Assembly (NCBI GenBank): GCA_021613535.1
Contig: CP075493.1
Location: 16,058,001 to 16,122,000, forward strand
Direction of reading: 5' to 3'
DNA from: Adineta vaga
Lineage: Eukaryota; Animalia; Rotifera
Length of the DNA stretch: 64,000 nucleotides
Under the pieces are notes generated by a model. That model saw only the letters and a program-made list of their open reading frames with translations. It made no database searches and was not told the origin of the DNA. The translations under genes were made by a program, and so were the position numbers. Positions 37,277 to 48,477 of the stretch are shown here, piece by piece. Position 1 is the stretch's first letter. Each line of letters starts with the position of its first letter.

Positions 37277-37560
37277 CCCAGGTCAAAACGTGTCCATCGG
37301 ATCCGGCAATTTCCGACAAGATATATATATTCGGAATCGATCAGATCCGATTTCCATATCCGCCTGTTTCTGATCAGATCCGATGTGATCTGGTGTCAAG
37401 AAATTATCGGAATTTACAGTTTCACATGACACCAGATTCCGAGAAAAACCGTTCACTTACTGCTACTAGAACTTGTCGGATTCTACAGGAACACAGGAGT
37501 TCCTTTGATCGGGTTTTAACGCTATGCGACAATATAGATCCGCCAGGAACTTGTTACAGG
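37277..37560 (+). mobile_element. Relic of the CCCAGG-terminated, GATCCG/CGGAA-rich MITE family
   Basis: Begins CCCAGGTCAA and is rich in ATCCG/TCGGA motifs like 61387-61656. Confidence 0.55.
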
Positions 37561-37814
37561 TACAGATCGGAAATAATTGGAAAGTTATAAACGTCATTCA
37601 GCATAACGATTAGACTTCAATGAAAGAAATAATATTTCCTAATTACATTTGCAACTTAATGCAATACGGTTTGCCAAGCGAAATCAAACTTAATAGTGGT
37701 TATGATTATATGTGTGCCAAATACAAGAGTAATCCTGAAATGTTGGTAGTTACAAATAGTCATCATATACCGAGAAAATAATTGCTTGAATGTTAAACAA
37801 TATACCTGTCAAAC

Positions 37815-38284
37815 GATTTAATGCGTTATAGCGTTTTCCGGGAAACCCAATTTTGTCATAGCTGTCCCACAGGATGGTGCACTTTACTTATGAATGCCAT
37901 AATGGACATAATCGAGAATTTCCCAATTTCCATTATGGCAGACATAAACAAAAGTCCATAATGAAACTAATTTCCAAGATGGAAATTGGGAAATTCTCGA
38001 TTATGTCCATTATGGCAGACATAACTAAAGTTCTTATAATTCTTTTTGAAAATAGTTTTGACTGTTCTAGGAAACATAAATCTCATCACCCTTCGTGACA
38101 CCCACATTCAGATAGAACCCTTATCACCCTTCGTAGCACCCTCATTGAAAATTTTGTGTATTGGATTTAGAATAACCAATCGGCTATCAACAGTTTTTGG
38201 AAAATGTTTTTTTGGATTTCCGGAAAATTCATCTTACATCCGAATACATGTAATTTCCGGGAAAACGCTATAACGCATCATATG
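37815..38284. mobile_element. Non-autonomous DNA transposon (MITE, ~470 bp) with 8-10-bp TSD
   Basis: TIR ATGCGTTATAGCGTTTTCC.GGAAA matches 24/25 (37821-37845 vs 38254-38278). TGTCAAAC(GA) is duplicated at 37807 and 38285. Internal ~37-bp perfect IR. Confidence 0.85.
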
Positions 38285-39267
38285 TGTCAAACGACAGGTA
38301 GGTTTTGATGTTGATTTTACTATTATACATTGACGTAGAAGGAAAATATGATTTCTGAAAGAGAAATCATTAGAAATGATTTCAGATTATGATTTTTCAT
38401 TTTAAAAAAGAGATAGAAAACGAATCATTAAAAACCGCTGAAATTCGATAGAAACTACGGAAAAGTATCCGAAATCGTGATAAAATCACTGATATTCAAG
38501 TTGTAATTAAATCTTGATATCTACAGATTTCTAATGAATCTTCTAAAATTTCCAATTTTCGAGAATCTAACATTCTAGTATTTACTTTGGATTTTTCGTT
38601 ATATCCAATCCTTCTTATCAAATGCTAATACTTTTTAACCATTTGCATTGATTTTTGATCGACACAAAATAACCTAATCTCTATTAGTGAAGACCGATTG
38701 AAATTCGTATAATCAGTTACTCTGCTTTAACATAGTGGTCATACAAAAACGATGAACAGAGATTGTTTAATTATAACTGATTACTGAGAGTAAATCTTAG
38801 TTGAATATTATTAATAATCGTCGAATATTGAGTAAAATCTAACAGAAACGAGATGGACTCTCTCCGTGATCTTAAACTATTAGACAGATAATAGATCATC
38901 ACGATATTTTTTTAAATTAACTACAAGGTAGCTTCTAACCATTCTTTGAACATATAGTAGTGGATTCTAAAATAATTTTTTTGTAAAAACTCCTTATAAA
39001 CGACTATGCTGAATCGTGCATTGATCTTTACTTAAACAAAATCTAATCGATATCTATATTGATCATATTCCAGTAAATATCTAGTTTTATCTTTGCCCGT
39101 TATAATATCCATTGAATAACTTTTGTATATTATTCATTTACAGATTACATTTATTGCGCGTAATCTAGAGTACACCGCTGCGTCTGTGAAGTATTTCACA
39201 ACCCAATTACGTTGTCGACGAATATGGTTTATTCTGGGAAAACTCGTGAGTGATACATTGTAATATA

Positions 39268-39430
39268 GGTGTAATCTAGGCGTAATCTAGATGAAATCTT
39301 GAAAAATATACCGTAATCATGGTGTAATCTGGTGCAATCGAGGTGTAATCTGGGCATAATATGGTGTGATCTATGCGTAATCTGGTGTAATCTCTGTTGA
39401 ATATACTGTAATCTAGGTAAAATCTGGGGC
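39268..39430. repeat. Degenerate ~10-bp minisatellite (GGTGTAATCT)n
   Basis: Repeated GTAATCT/GTGTAATCTGG units. Confidence 0.7.
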
Positions 39431-39725
39431 GAAATTGCTGATTCCTGGATTTGCTTCTTTTTTTCCGATAAGAAGCAGTTGGATACGGTGAATATCCGAT
39501 GTTTTCCGCATTCAGGGTTCTTGTGAAACCGGACATTATTCTGTCATGGGTTCTGATCGGATCCCTCCCGATGCAATCCGCGTCGGAATCCGTTGGTTAG
39601 GATTCCGGTGAAAGTCGGTTGGGTTCTGGTCGGATTTGTATGGGAATCCGACTGTTTCTGGCGCAATCCGACGGCGGATCCGATAAGTTCCTGTCGGATC
39701 TACAGATCGGATCGAATCACCTGGA
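39430..39725. mobile_element. CCCAGG-family MITE fragments abutting the truncated GST
   Basis: GGATCCG/TCGGAT-rich sequence ending in ATCACCTGG, like the 61387-61656 termini. Confidence 0.65.
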
Positions 39726-40184
39726 ATGTGTATTGATTTGTTGTATAATCAATGATATATCTTTTTCATTATCTTCCTTTTTTAAACTAATTTGTGGAGC
39801 AAATTTTTGTCGATCATCAAGCCATTCTCTAGGTAATTTATTACCACGAAGACCAATTAGTAATTTAAACAATAATGGAAACATGGTTTTATCCCACCAC
39901 CAACATAAAGGTTGCGCCATTCGATTTGAAAGTAATGTTGGTGAATCCGGTCGAAGACGATCGAGTGTTCGTATAATGAGTTGAGTATCACAATATATAT
40001 CAGCACCAACTTGAAGTACTGGTATACGTCGATAACCGCCTGCCAGAATTTCGAGATGAGGTCTCGGAGGTACCCGATCAATCGTTACCGAACGCCAATT
40101 TAATTTCTTCAAACCCATTGCCATTCTTATTTTCTCAGCGAATGGTGACTGTGGATAATGGTAAAGAATCAATTCTTCAGACAT
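39726..40184 (-). pseudogene. Intronless glutathione S-transferase (bacterial/fungal-type N-domain), 3'-truncated by a MITE
   Basis: LILYHYPQSPFAEKIR...GGYRRIPVLQVGADIYCDTQLI. The ORF ends a few codons into the MITE and the C-terminal domain is incomplete. Confidence 0.85.
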
Positions 40185-40488
40185 ATTCGCAATATTTCCA
40201 ACTAAAAGAAAGCAAATGAATGTAAAGGCTGACGTATTGTATGCATTGTAATAGCTAAAGATAAGAATACAAAAATGTGAATGTTACGAATGATAAAAAT
40301 ATAGAAAAAAAAACATCGTATGGACTATGTTATACGATACTAATCGATATGTCGAAGGCTCAAGCTCTGATAGTTATTTTTGATATTTGATGATCATAAC
40401 AAAAGAAAAATATATTGATTAAAAAATGTCAAAAACAGAATAAAACAGTATATTCCAATTCATGATTAATCGGAAATTCATATGTTTA

Positions 40489-43400
40489 TTAACATGAATT
40501 CAACAGAACAACCACATTGTCCGATGCTGTATTTACTATAGCCATATCTGATTTCCCGTCTTTGTTAAGATCATTGGCTATTATACAATTTGGCCAGCTG
40601 CCTGCTACTCCATATGTTGTTCGAAGTTGAAAAGTTTTATTTCCGCTACCAAATAATATATTCACATTGTTAGATCGTTGATTAATTACAGCAATATCCA
40701 GAATTTTATCATTGTTGAAGTCACTTGAAACTGCAAAACTTGGCCCAGTACTGGCGGTATAAACTATTTGATCTTGAAATGTTCCATCTTGATTTCCAAA
40801 TAAAACACTAATGCTGTTATCACCTAGGTTAGTTATCACGAGATCTTTTATATTATCTTTATTCAAATCCGCTGATATTATACAGTATGGATTGGCTCCT
40901 GTTTTATACTTTGCAGTGGTGTGGAATGTTCCATTTCCGTAACCAAATAATACACTAATGTTCCCGCTAAGAAAGTTAGTCACGATCAGATCGAGATTTT
41001 TATCATTGTTGAAATCATCGGTCGTAATTGAAACCGGTGATTTCCCAACATTAAACGTCATTTGAGTGCTTAAAGATCCATTTCCATAACCAAACAATAC
41101 GCCTATATTGTTATCTTTCTGATTAACCACTGCTACATCAAGCTTCGAATCATTGTTAAAATCACCTAGCGTTATCCAGATAGGATTATTTCCAGTATAA
41201 GAATATATTGCGCTACCAGTGAAGATTCCATGTATGTCACCAAGCATTATACTAATCGTATTGTTGGCTGTATTAACTATTGCGAGATCCGATTTCTTAT
41301 CACTGTTAAAATCACCTGATGTCATAAATGTCGATGGCGTTTCGATTGCATATAGAACTCTACCTTGCATAGTCCCATCACCATTGCCTAACAGTAAAAC
41401 TACATTACCATTGCCTGTGTTGGCTACGATAATATCTGATTTATTATCGTTGTTAAAATCGCCCGAAATCACTTGCCTTGATTGCGAACCAATAGAATAC
41501 TTCATCTGAACATTAAATGTACCGTTTCTGTTGCCAATTAGCATCATAACAGTTTGATCGGCCATATCGATAACTGCTAAATCCATTATACTATCATTGT
41601 TGAAATCGTGCATTGTTAGAGAAGATGGATCATTTCCAACTGTATACCTGATCCTCTCACTCTGGAAAGATCCATTACCATTGTCGAATAATATGTCAAC
41701 GCTATTACCAAATGCATTCGCTACTGCTAAATCCAAATTACTATCATTATTGAAGTCATATGTCAGTACAGCGTCGGGACCAACAAAATCGGTATACACT
41801 TGTTGATCTTGAAACGATCCATTACCAATACCCAATAGCACACTAAGAGTGTAGTCATTGATATTCGTTACTGCTAAATCCTTTTTGTTGTCTTTGTTAA
41901 AATCGCCCGATATCAAATGATCTGGCGAATTTCCGACATTAAAAACCATTTGATCATAGAAAGTACCATCCCCTTTGTTCAACAGAACACTAACAGTATT
42001 GCCAGCATGATTGGTCACAGCTATATCTGTGTAGTTATCGTTATTAAAATCACTTGATATTATCAGTCGTGGTGAAGAGCCAACCCGATATGCCACTGGA
42101 TCTTGATAACTTCCATCTATATTGCAAAATAGTATATTTACCGTGCCATCTTGTTGTTGGGCTACTGCTATGTCTAATAGAGTATCATTATTCAGGTAAG
42201 CTATCATGACGTTAATTGGACCATTGCCAACCTGGTAGTTTATCTGAGCTTGGTATGTTCCATCACCGTTACCAAACAAAACGCTAATAGAATTGTCATC
42301 AGAATTAGCTGTTACAACGTCGATGTTTCCATCCGAATTGAGATCTTCGCTTGCAACCGACCATGGAGCAACACCGGTAGGGAATGGTATTTCGATGGGA
42401 AACATCCCATGCGCATTGCCAAATTGTACAGAAATGCTTCGATCATCTTTGTTGAGTACTGCCAAATCAATATTATCATCATCATTGAAATACCCAGAGA
42501 TGGCTGAAACTGGAGATGTTCCGATATCGTAACTTGTGGTATCTTTAAAAGGATCCGCACATACGTAACCTACAGCAAAACAGATCCATGAGATGAGTAT
42601 GGACAGAATGTATGTTATGATATTGAAGATCGAAAATAAAATATTTCAACAGAATTTAACTGCGAATTGAGATGTAATAGTGGCTATCAGTCAATGATTA
42701 CTGATCTACTTGTATTCTCATTTATACATAATCAAAGATTGTGTAAATATGAGTATACGTCTCATAGGGTAACTATTTCTTCGATGTATTAACAAACGAT
42801 TATTGATTCAGATCTGTTACCAAGTGATATGATGATTACTGTCATTATTGTATATCCTTAGATCAAAATAGGTACATTGAATCCTGTCGATGTTGCACAT
42901 TTCGGTCGAAACCTCCCTCTAAAATAGCATTTTCCCTAGTGATAAGGTGACTTGTCTGGAAACTTGGAATGAAAGAAGAATATATAAAAATCCTACTGGT
43001 CAAATTGTTCTTCGGTCTCGTTGCCAAGATGGCGCCGACGACGATGCCTGCGATAAATAGAAGGACTACAAAGCAAATTGGTATGATAAATCGCTTTTTC
43101 CGATACCAATAACGCCTTTAATTGAAAGAAAAATATTAGCAGAAAGTAATGATGAAACCTACTCTTTTTTTGGATAAATATTTGCACCTAGATACAAAAT
43201 TTTGTTAGATGAGAAATTAAAAGTCTTCACGTTACCTTCAAACGGCTGCTCCAACGTCGGGTCTGTTGGTATGACTTGCCTCAAATGAATAATTTGAAGG
43301 TCAGGCGCTGGATTGAGTTGTGATTGAACTACCATTTGAGTACCAGATAACAGAAAAATTTCATCTTCCGTCACAAAATGTGAATGAGCCTTAATTGTTC

Positions 43401-44434
43401 GACCATTCATAACTTCGACTGAGAAAAGTGTTCGATCGCCTTCGTAACCCAAATACATATTATTTTCTAGTACAGTCATTTCTGTAGTACATGACGAAAA
43501 TGCCCACCAAGTTACAGATGTACCAGGTGGAAAATCTTTACTCAAGTTTTTAGTTACGCCACGCCAGACAGTCAGCGGCGGAACGCATGGTAATTTGACC
43601 AATGCAGTCAAAAATAACTTGACATATTTGAAATATGGCAACAGATTCTCTCGATCGACATTTTTCAGATGGAAATTGAGCATCGAATAGAGACTTCGAT
43701 GTGGCCTTTGCCATTCAATAGTGTAGAGTCGAATCGCTGCACTCTCATCAATTGTCAATCCATCCGGTGGCTCTTCTGGTGTTTCACTTAGTGCTAACTG
43801 AACATAAAATGATAAATTGTACAGGAGATCAGTGAGAGGTGCACAGGCATCAGCAAGTGATAACAGAGGCTCGTCAGCATAGCCTAGAATAGGACTAATA
43901 TTTCCATCAACTTTGCTCAGAGCTTCGGGGGGTTGCGATGGTATGTCCGTCAGTAGCATTGGTATACTTTTCATCAACTTTGCTCAGAGCTTCGGCAGTC
44001 GCGATGGTATGTTCGTCAGTAGCATTGGTATACTTTTCACCAACTTCATTCAGAACTGTCACTGTCACTAGATTTCTGTCAAACTCTTCTTCCCTTATTT
44101 GATTGGAATGTGATGGTTTGTTTCGCTTATGCTTGGTATTGCTTCTGACATTGTCATGTCTATCCGACTTACGTCGGTGATGTCTTGCTTCTTTGCCATT
44201 GCGAATGATGGTTGTATCGTCGGTCTGAATACAGATATCCCTGTATACATCTGGTTGAAAATGGTTCGGTTCACTATAGATTGAAATTTCTGTTGCTGTT
44301 GTTGGTACGCTGCTACCTTGAATCAATTCTTGTAGTACGTAATTTGTTATTTCATCAAGCGACATGACGGTTGTTTCGGTGGGTACATAGGCTCTGCTTT
44401 TCGACAGTTTCTTCTTTTGGGTACGCTCTTCCAT
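40489..44434 (-). CDS. Predicted spliced ADP-ribosyltransferase-TM-FG-GAP protein (exons 44434-43236, 43187-43163, 43115-42997, 42569-40489); +1 frameshift in a C6 run at ~43927-43932
   Basis: ART motifs VWRG, FSSCT and EDEI. The 48- and 47-nt introns lead in frame to RYWYRKKRF-IIPICFVVLLFIAGIVVGAILA (TM). A phase-1 donor at 42996 fits the phase-1 acceptor at 42570 of an exon with ~14 FG-GAP repeats that has no in-frame upstream ATG or signal peptide of its own. Confidence 0.7.
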
Positions 44435-47400
44435 TTTCTTTCTTTTTTTCTTCTTCTATAAAGATAATTACGACCACTAAACGAAAATTCTTTGCTTTCT
44501 CGTACTGGCGAAAATGAACGTTGTCAACAATCTGAAATTATCAAAGATTTGCTTAAAAGTCATTATATTAACACCATACTGCGCAGAATACTCCAGGCGA
44601 AATAAAGAATATGAGAAAAAAACAATGCGGGGATGACTACTCCGGTCAAACACTTTCCCTGACTTCTAATAATATTCGAAAGAAAAATTTTGACATAATA
44701 GAAATATATCCGCTAGCTTCCGAGCGTAGGAAACCTGAAGGAACATGACCGGCTCTATAAATATTTTCTAACGAGTCAGCAACTAATAAGCATAAATTTG
44801 GTTTCCGCAAGTTCTCCTTTCTGGTAATGGTAAAAATTGGGTCTAGTGGCAAATTAATGAACGATTTTATTCGCAATTAGTTTGATCATTGACTGAAATG
44901 AAATAATCTGTCTTTCTCTATTGGCTCTGTTAGAATATATGTAGCTGCAATCTTTGGATATATACTGTAAAAAAACATACTTTTTGGACAATAGCCTCGA
45001 GTTATAAGTAGTCAGAAAGTTCGCCGTGGGCTACAAAAGAAATAAAAATGAAATGAATATGCACACGAAACGTTTAACATTTTCATCTGCTTCTCTGTGG
45101 GGCAACTAGCTTGTTTTGATATATGTTTACATTTACACGAAAGAAAAACAAGTAGGCAATAAGACTACACTCTTTTCGTGTCATAAACGTGGTTCACATC
45201 GACTATAATCAATGTACAAAGAAAAGAAAAAGCAAAAAAAAATATTAACCGACTATCGAAGGTACCAAAAGAAAAGGAAGGATAGTTTCGATATTTTGTA
45301 TGTACGTCGCTGACGGAAATATTTTTTTTCTAGACATGGGCGATGTTTCTATTTTGTTCTTCGAGAGAAAATATTTTCTAAAATTCGCTGCTGAACACTT
45401 TTAGCAAAAGATGTCATGTACAGATATTCCAGCAACTTACTCTTCATCTGACACGCGAAAGTCGACTTCATAAAATGAATAAAGACAAGGATCATTGTCG
45501 CTATGCTACATAAAATAAAATGACTTTCTTTCTGGCAAGGATTAGTAAAAAATTCGGAATACGATTCGAATAAGGACATACGATAAAAAGGGCACACTTA
45601 GTCATAAAGAAGAATGACTGTGTATGTACCTTTTCAAGGTAATTATTCAGTAATATTCAAGCGTGATCAACGTAATCATTATTTCTTTTCATATCGAACA
45701 TAAGCATAATTATTTTTAAAATGTGCTGATGTCCGATCCATATCTTTGTGTATCAATTAAGCGTTTTTCTTTTCACGTTTGTATATTGTAAAACAAGAGA
45801 TGGAGTCTACAAAAACCTAGTTTTGCCGTTATGTAAGTTTAAATCTAATAGATAAAAACTTTCCCTCCCTTTAACGTATTCAACTTCTTCAGTCCTTTCA
45901 AATAATTCAATACGTTTTTTCAACATAGTGCCACTCATCAAATACTGTCCAATACCGATAAAATAAGAGCGTCAGCTTATTTAAATGTTTGATAATAATG
46001 ATTTTTTAATATACTCAAAAAGTGAGAGCACCATTACAATCGATCAGTGTCTTCGTCCGCCTGTTTACGCGATAATTTTTGATAGAACAATCAGATTGAG
46101 CTGAAATTTTCTACACAACATTATTTCATCAACAACTCGATCGAGCTCGTAGGTGAGCCCAATTGGCTGCACTGTTGCCGACTCTCAGTGAAAATTTTTC
46201 GATTGTTATATATACGCAAGACGAGTAATATCGGATCCGGGTCCTACAGTCGAAAAATCTCGGAATCGACAACCAAGATTATGTCATCTTGCTTAATATT
46301 GTTTGCAGCTACAAAAGTAAGTTGTGAATTGACTTTTAACTATACAGTTTGTCTAAGGAACGATCAATTAGTGCTTTTAATTTTTTTCATTAGGTTTTTG
46401 ATTATCCTGTGTTGATCTTTCTGGTTACTTTTCAAAAATTAAGAAAAGTGATGATAATTGCCAGGAAAAATTAGCTATTTCAAAGCAAAAATAGCTTCAA
46501 AATGCATTTATGTCTACATTTTCGAATCGGTAAACCATTTGTAATTGGCGCTATAGTTACAAAAATCGAGTTTATCTAACTGTGCTAAAAGCTTGTCCTA
46601 CAGTTATCCTACACCCTCACTCCTAGGAAATAACATTTTCTATAATGGATTATACCAATACCAATTCAGTCATGTACGGTTGTTACAGAATGTTACAACA
46701 TGATGAACAACAAGCCATTTTTCCTCAAAACAACCACAACAATTGACTGGATAATCGTTTTCATAAATCCCAGTTTGTCCGTTAACTGCAGAATATTGAC
46801 AGAATTGAAACGTGTTTCCTAAAGTAACAGAAAATAGTTTCAAAATGATATATGATGACTTCATACCTGATGTGGGATTTCGTTCGTTAATATAATTTGA
46901 TCCCATTGTATAGCATACTTCCTCAAAGCCTAGACGTTCAATTACAAAACCTATGCGTCGCATGGCATTGTATTTATTTCTTGTCGGATTGAGATGTTTC
47001 TCAATATAATCTTTGATAATATTTGCTCTCAAAGAAATATCCGGTTTTTCTTCATGTATTGTTTGTACAAAATGTTCTATTGAAGATTGTTTTGACCGTT
47101 CTCCTGGAAATAGTCAATCAATTTCTTTGACATTTGTTTTTATAGATTTATTTAAATTGAACAAAGTTATCAAATATAACAACGATGGTCTGAAGAATTT
47201 CTTTTTATTAATGGATGTGAGATATCTCAAACTATATATTAATCAAGAAGATGATGAATCAGAGAGTGAAAAGACAACAAACTGATATGATTTAATATAT
47301 CACTTATAAGTCGATGAATTCTCCTGAAGAGCTTGTATTTAGTTAAATACTTTAATTAGTTTGGTCAAAATTGAAAACTTTAAAAAGAACTGTCATTTAA

Positions 47401-47442
47401 GATTGTTAATTTATATGTGTTCCAAATACTGTATTCGGAATA

Positions 47443-47916
47443 CAGTCAAGAATGTCCCCTCATTAAAAAATATTCGATAATTGTAATTGAAAATATTAAT
47501 GATAAGATTTAACCTAGAAGAACATTTAAAATTTTATTGGATAAATCGTTCAGCACCAAAAATTAAAGTTTTCCTCAAAATTCTTGCACTGTAATTGAGT
47601 CGTTTTTGAATCAACTGTACAGTTCGTTTGCTCGATCTTCAACAATTTGTGCTATTAATCGTTTCGTACATTGACATACTCAATTATCTATTTGAATAGT
47701 GATACAATTCATAGGACTCACCTATGAAGAGTAACAGCGTGAGGATGGTCGGAATGAAGGAGTAAGTGAGATAGACGTTTAGATACTCATATGACGAATA
47801 TGTATACTCAGCAATGTCCCCTACTTACCCCCTTAACTCCTGCACCCTTACGATGGGACATTTTTTGTCGATGGAGAAAATTTCTGAGGAGATTTCAAAA
47901 AGGACATTCTTGACTG
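47443..47916. mobile_element. Tc1/mariner-type MITE (474 bp)
   Basis: Perfect 15-bp TIR CAGTCAAGAATGTCC / GGACATTCTTGACTG. TA on the left flank; the right flank reads TTA. Confidence 0.75.
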
Positions 47917-48477
47917 TTACCTTCTGGTGAATAAAAATCAACATGAGAGTTTCGAATATTGAGTATGTCAAATAAGATTGAAGATTAGGCGACGTGTTCT
48001 TCTCTATTTTTATTAAAAAAACAATGATTTTTTTCTGATGAAATAATCAGATGCAAACATTCTTGTTCTCCAGTTAATATCAGGAGTTTTAAAAATATTT
48101 ATCAAAATTCTTCTATTAACAAGATTTACCATGAACAATAAATCAATGTATAAATTATATTAAATTTTTTCTGTAATGGTCGATGAAAACACTACCTTTT
48201 TTATTTTTATTCAATAGTCATAGTTGGTAAGTGCTGCAATAATAAAACATTCATATTGCCCTTTTTATTATCATCTCAACTTCTGAGTTATACGAAAAAC
48301 TTTTTTCTAAGATATTTTATCAACGAAATCTAACACAGCATTGTCAGTTGGGATCCTATGGGATTTATATCATAAACTCACAATTTTCGATAAACGCGAT
48401 ATCACTCAAAATATTTCTATTGGTTTTGGAATGGTAGCAATAAAATATCATTTGTGACGAAATTCATTATAAATATC

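Noticed and set aside
46030-46570. Helitron/DINE-like or other TE remnant (also 2200-2350, 9430-9515, 62040-62560)
   Set aside because: TE-like wording, but no pairable termini, TSD or second copy in the window to support a call.
46670-47130. 120-aa minus-strand ORF as a gene or transposase
   Set aside because: No recognisable motif, an upstream in-frame stop and no clear splice structure; possibly a decayed fragment.
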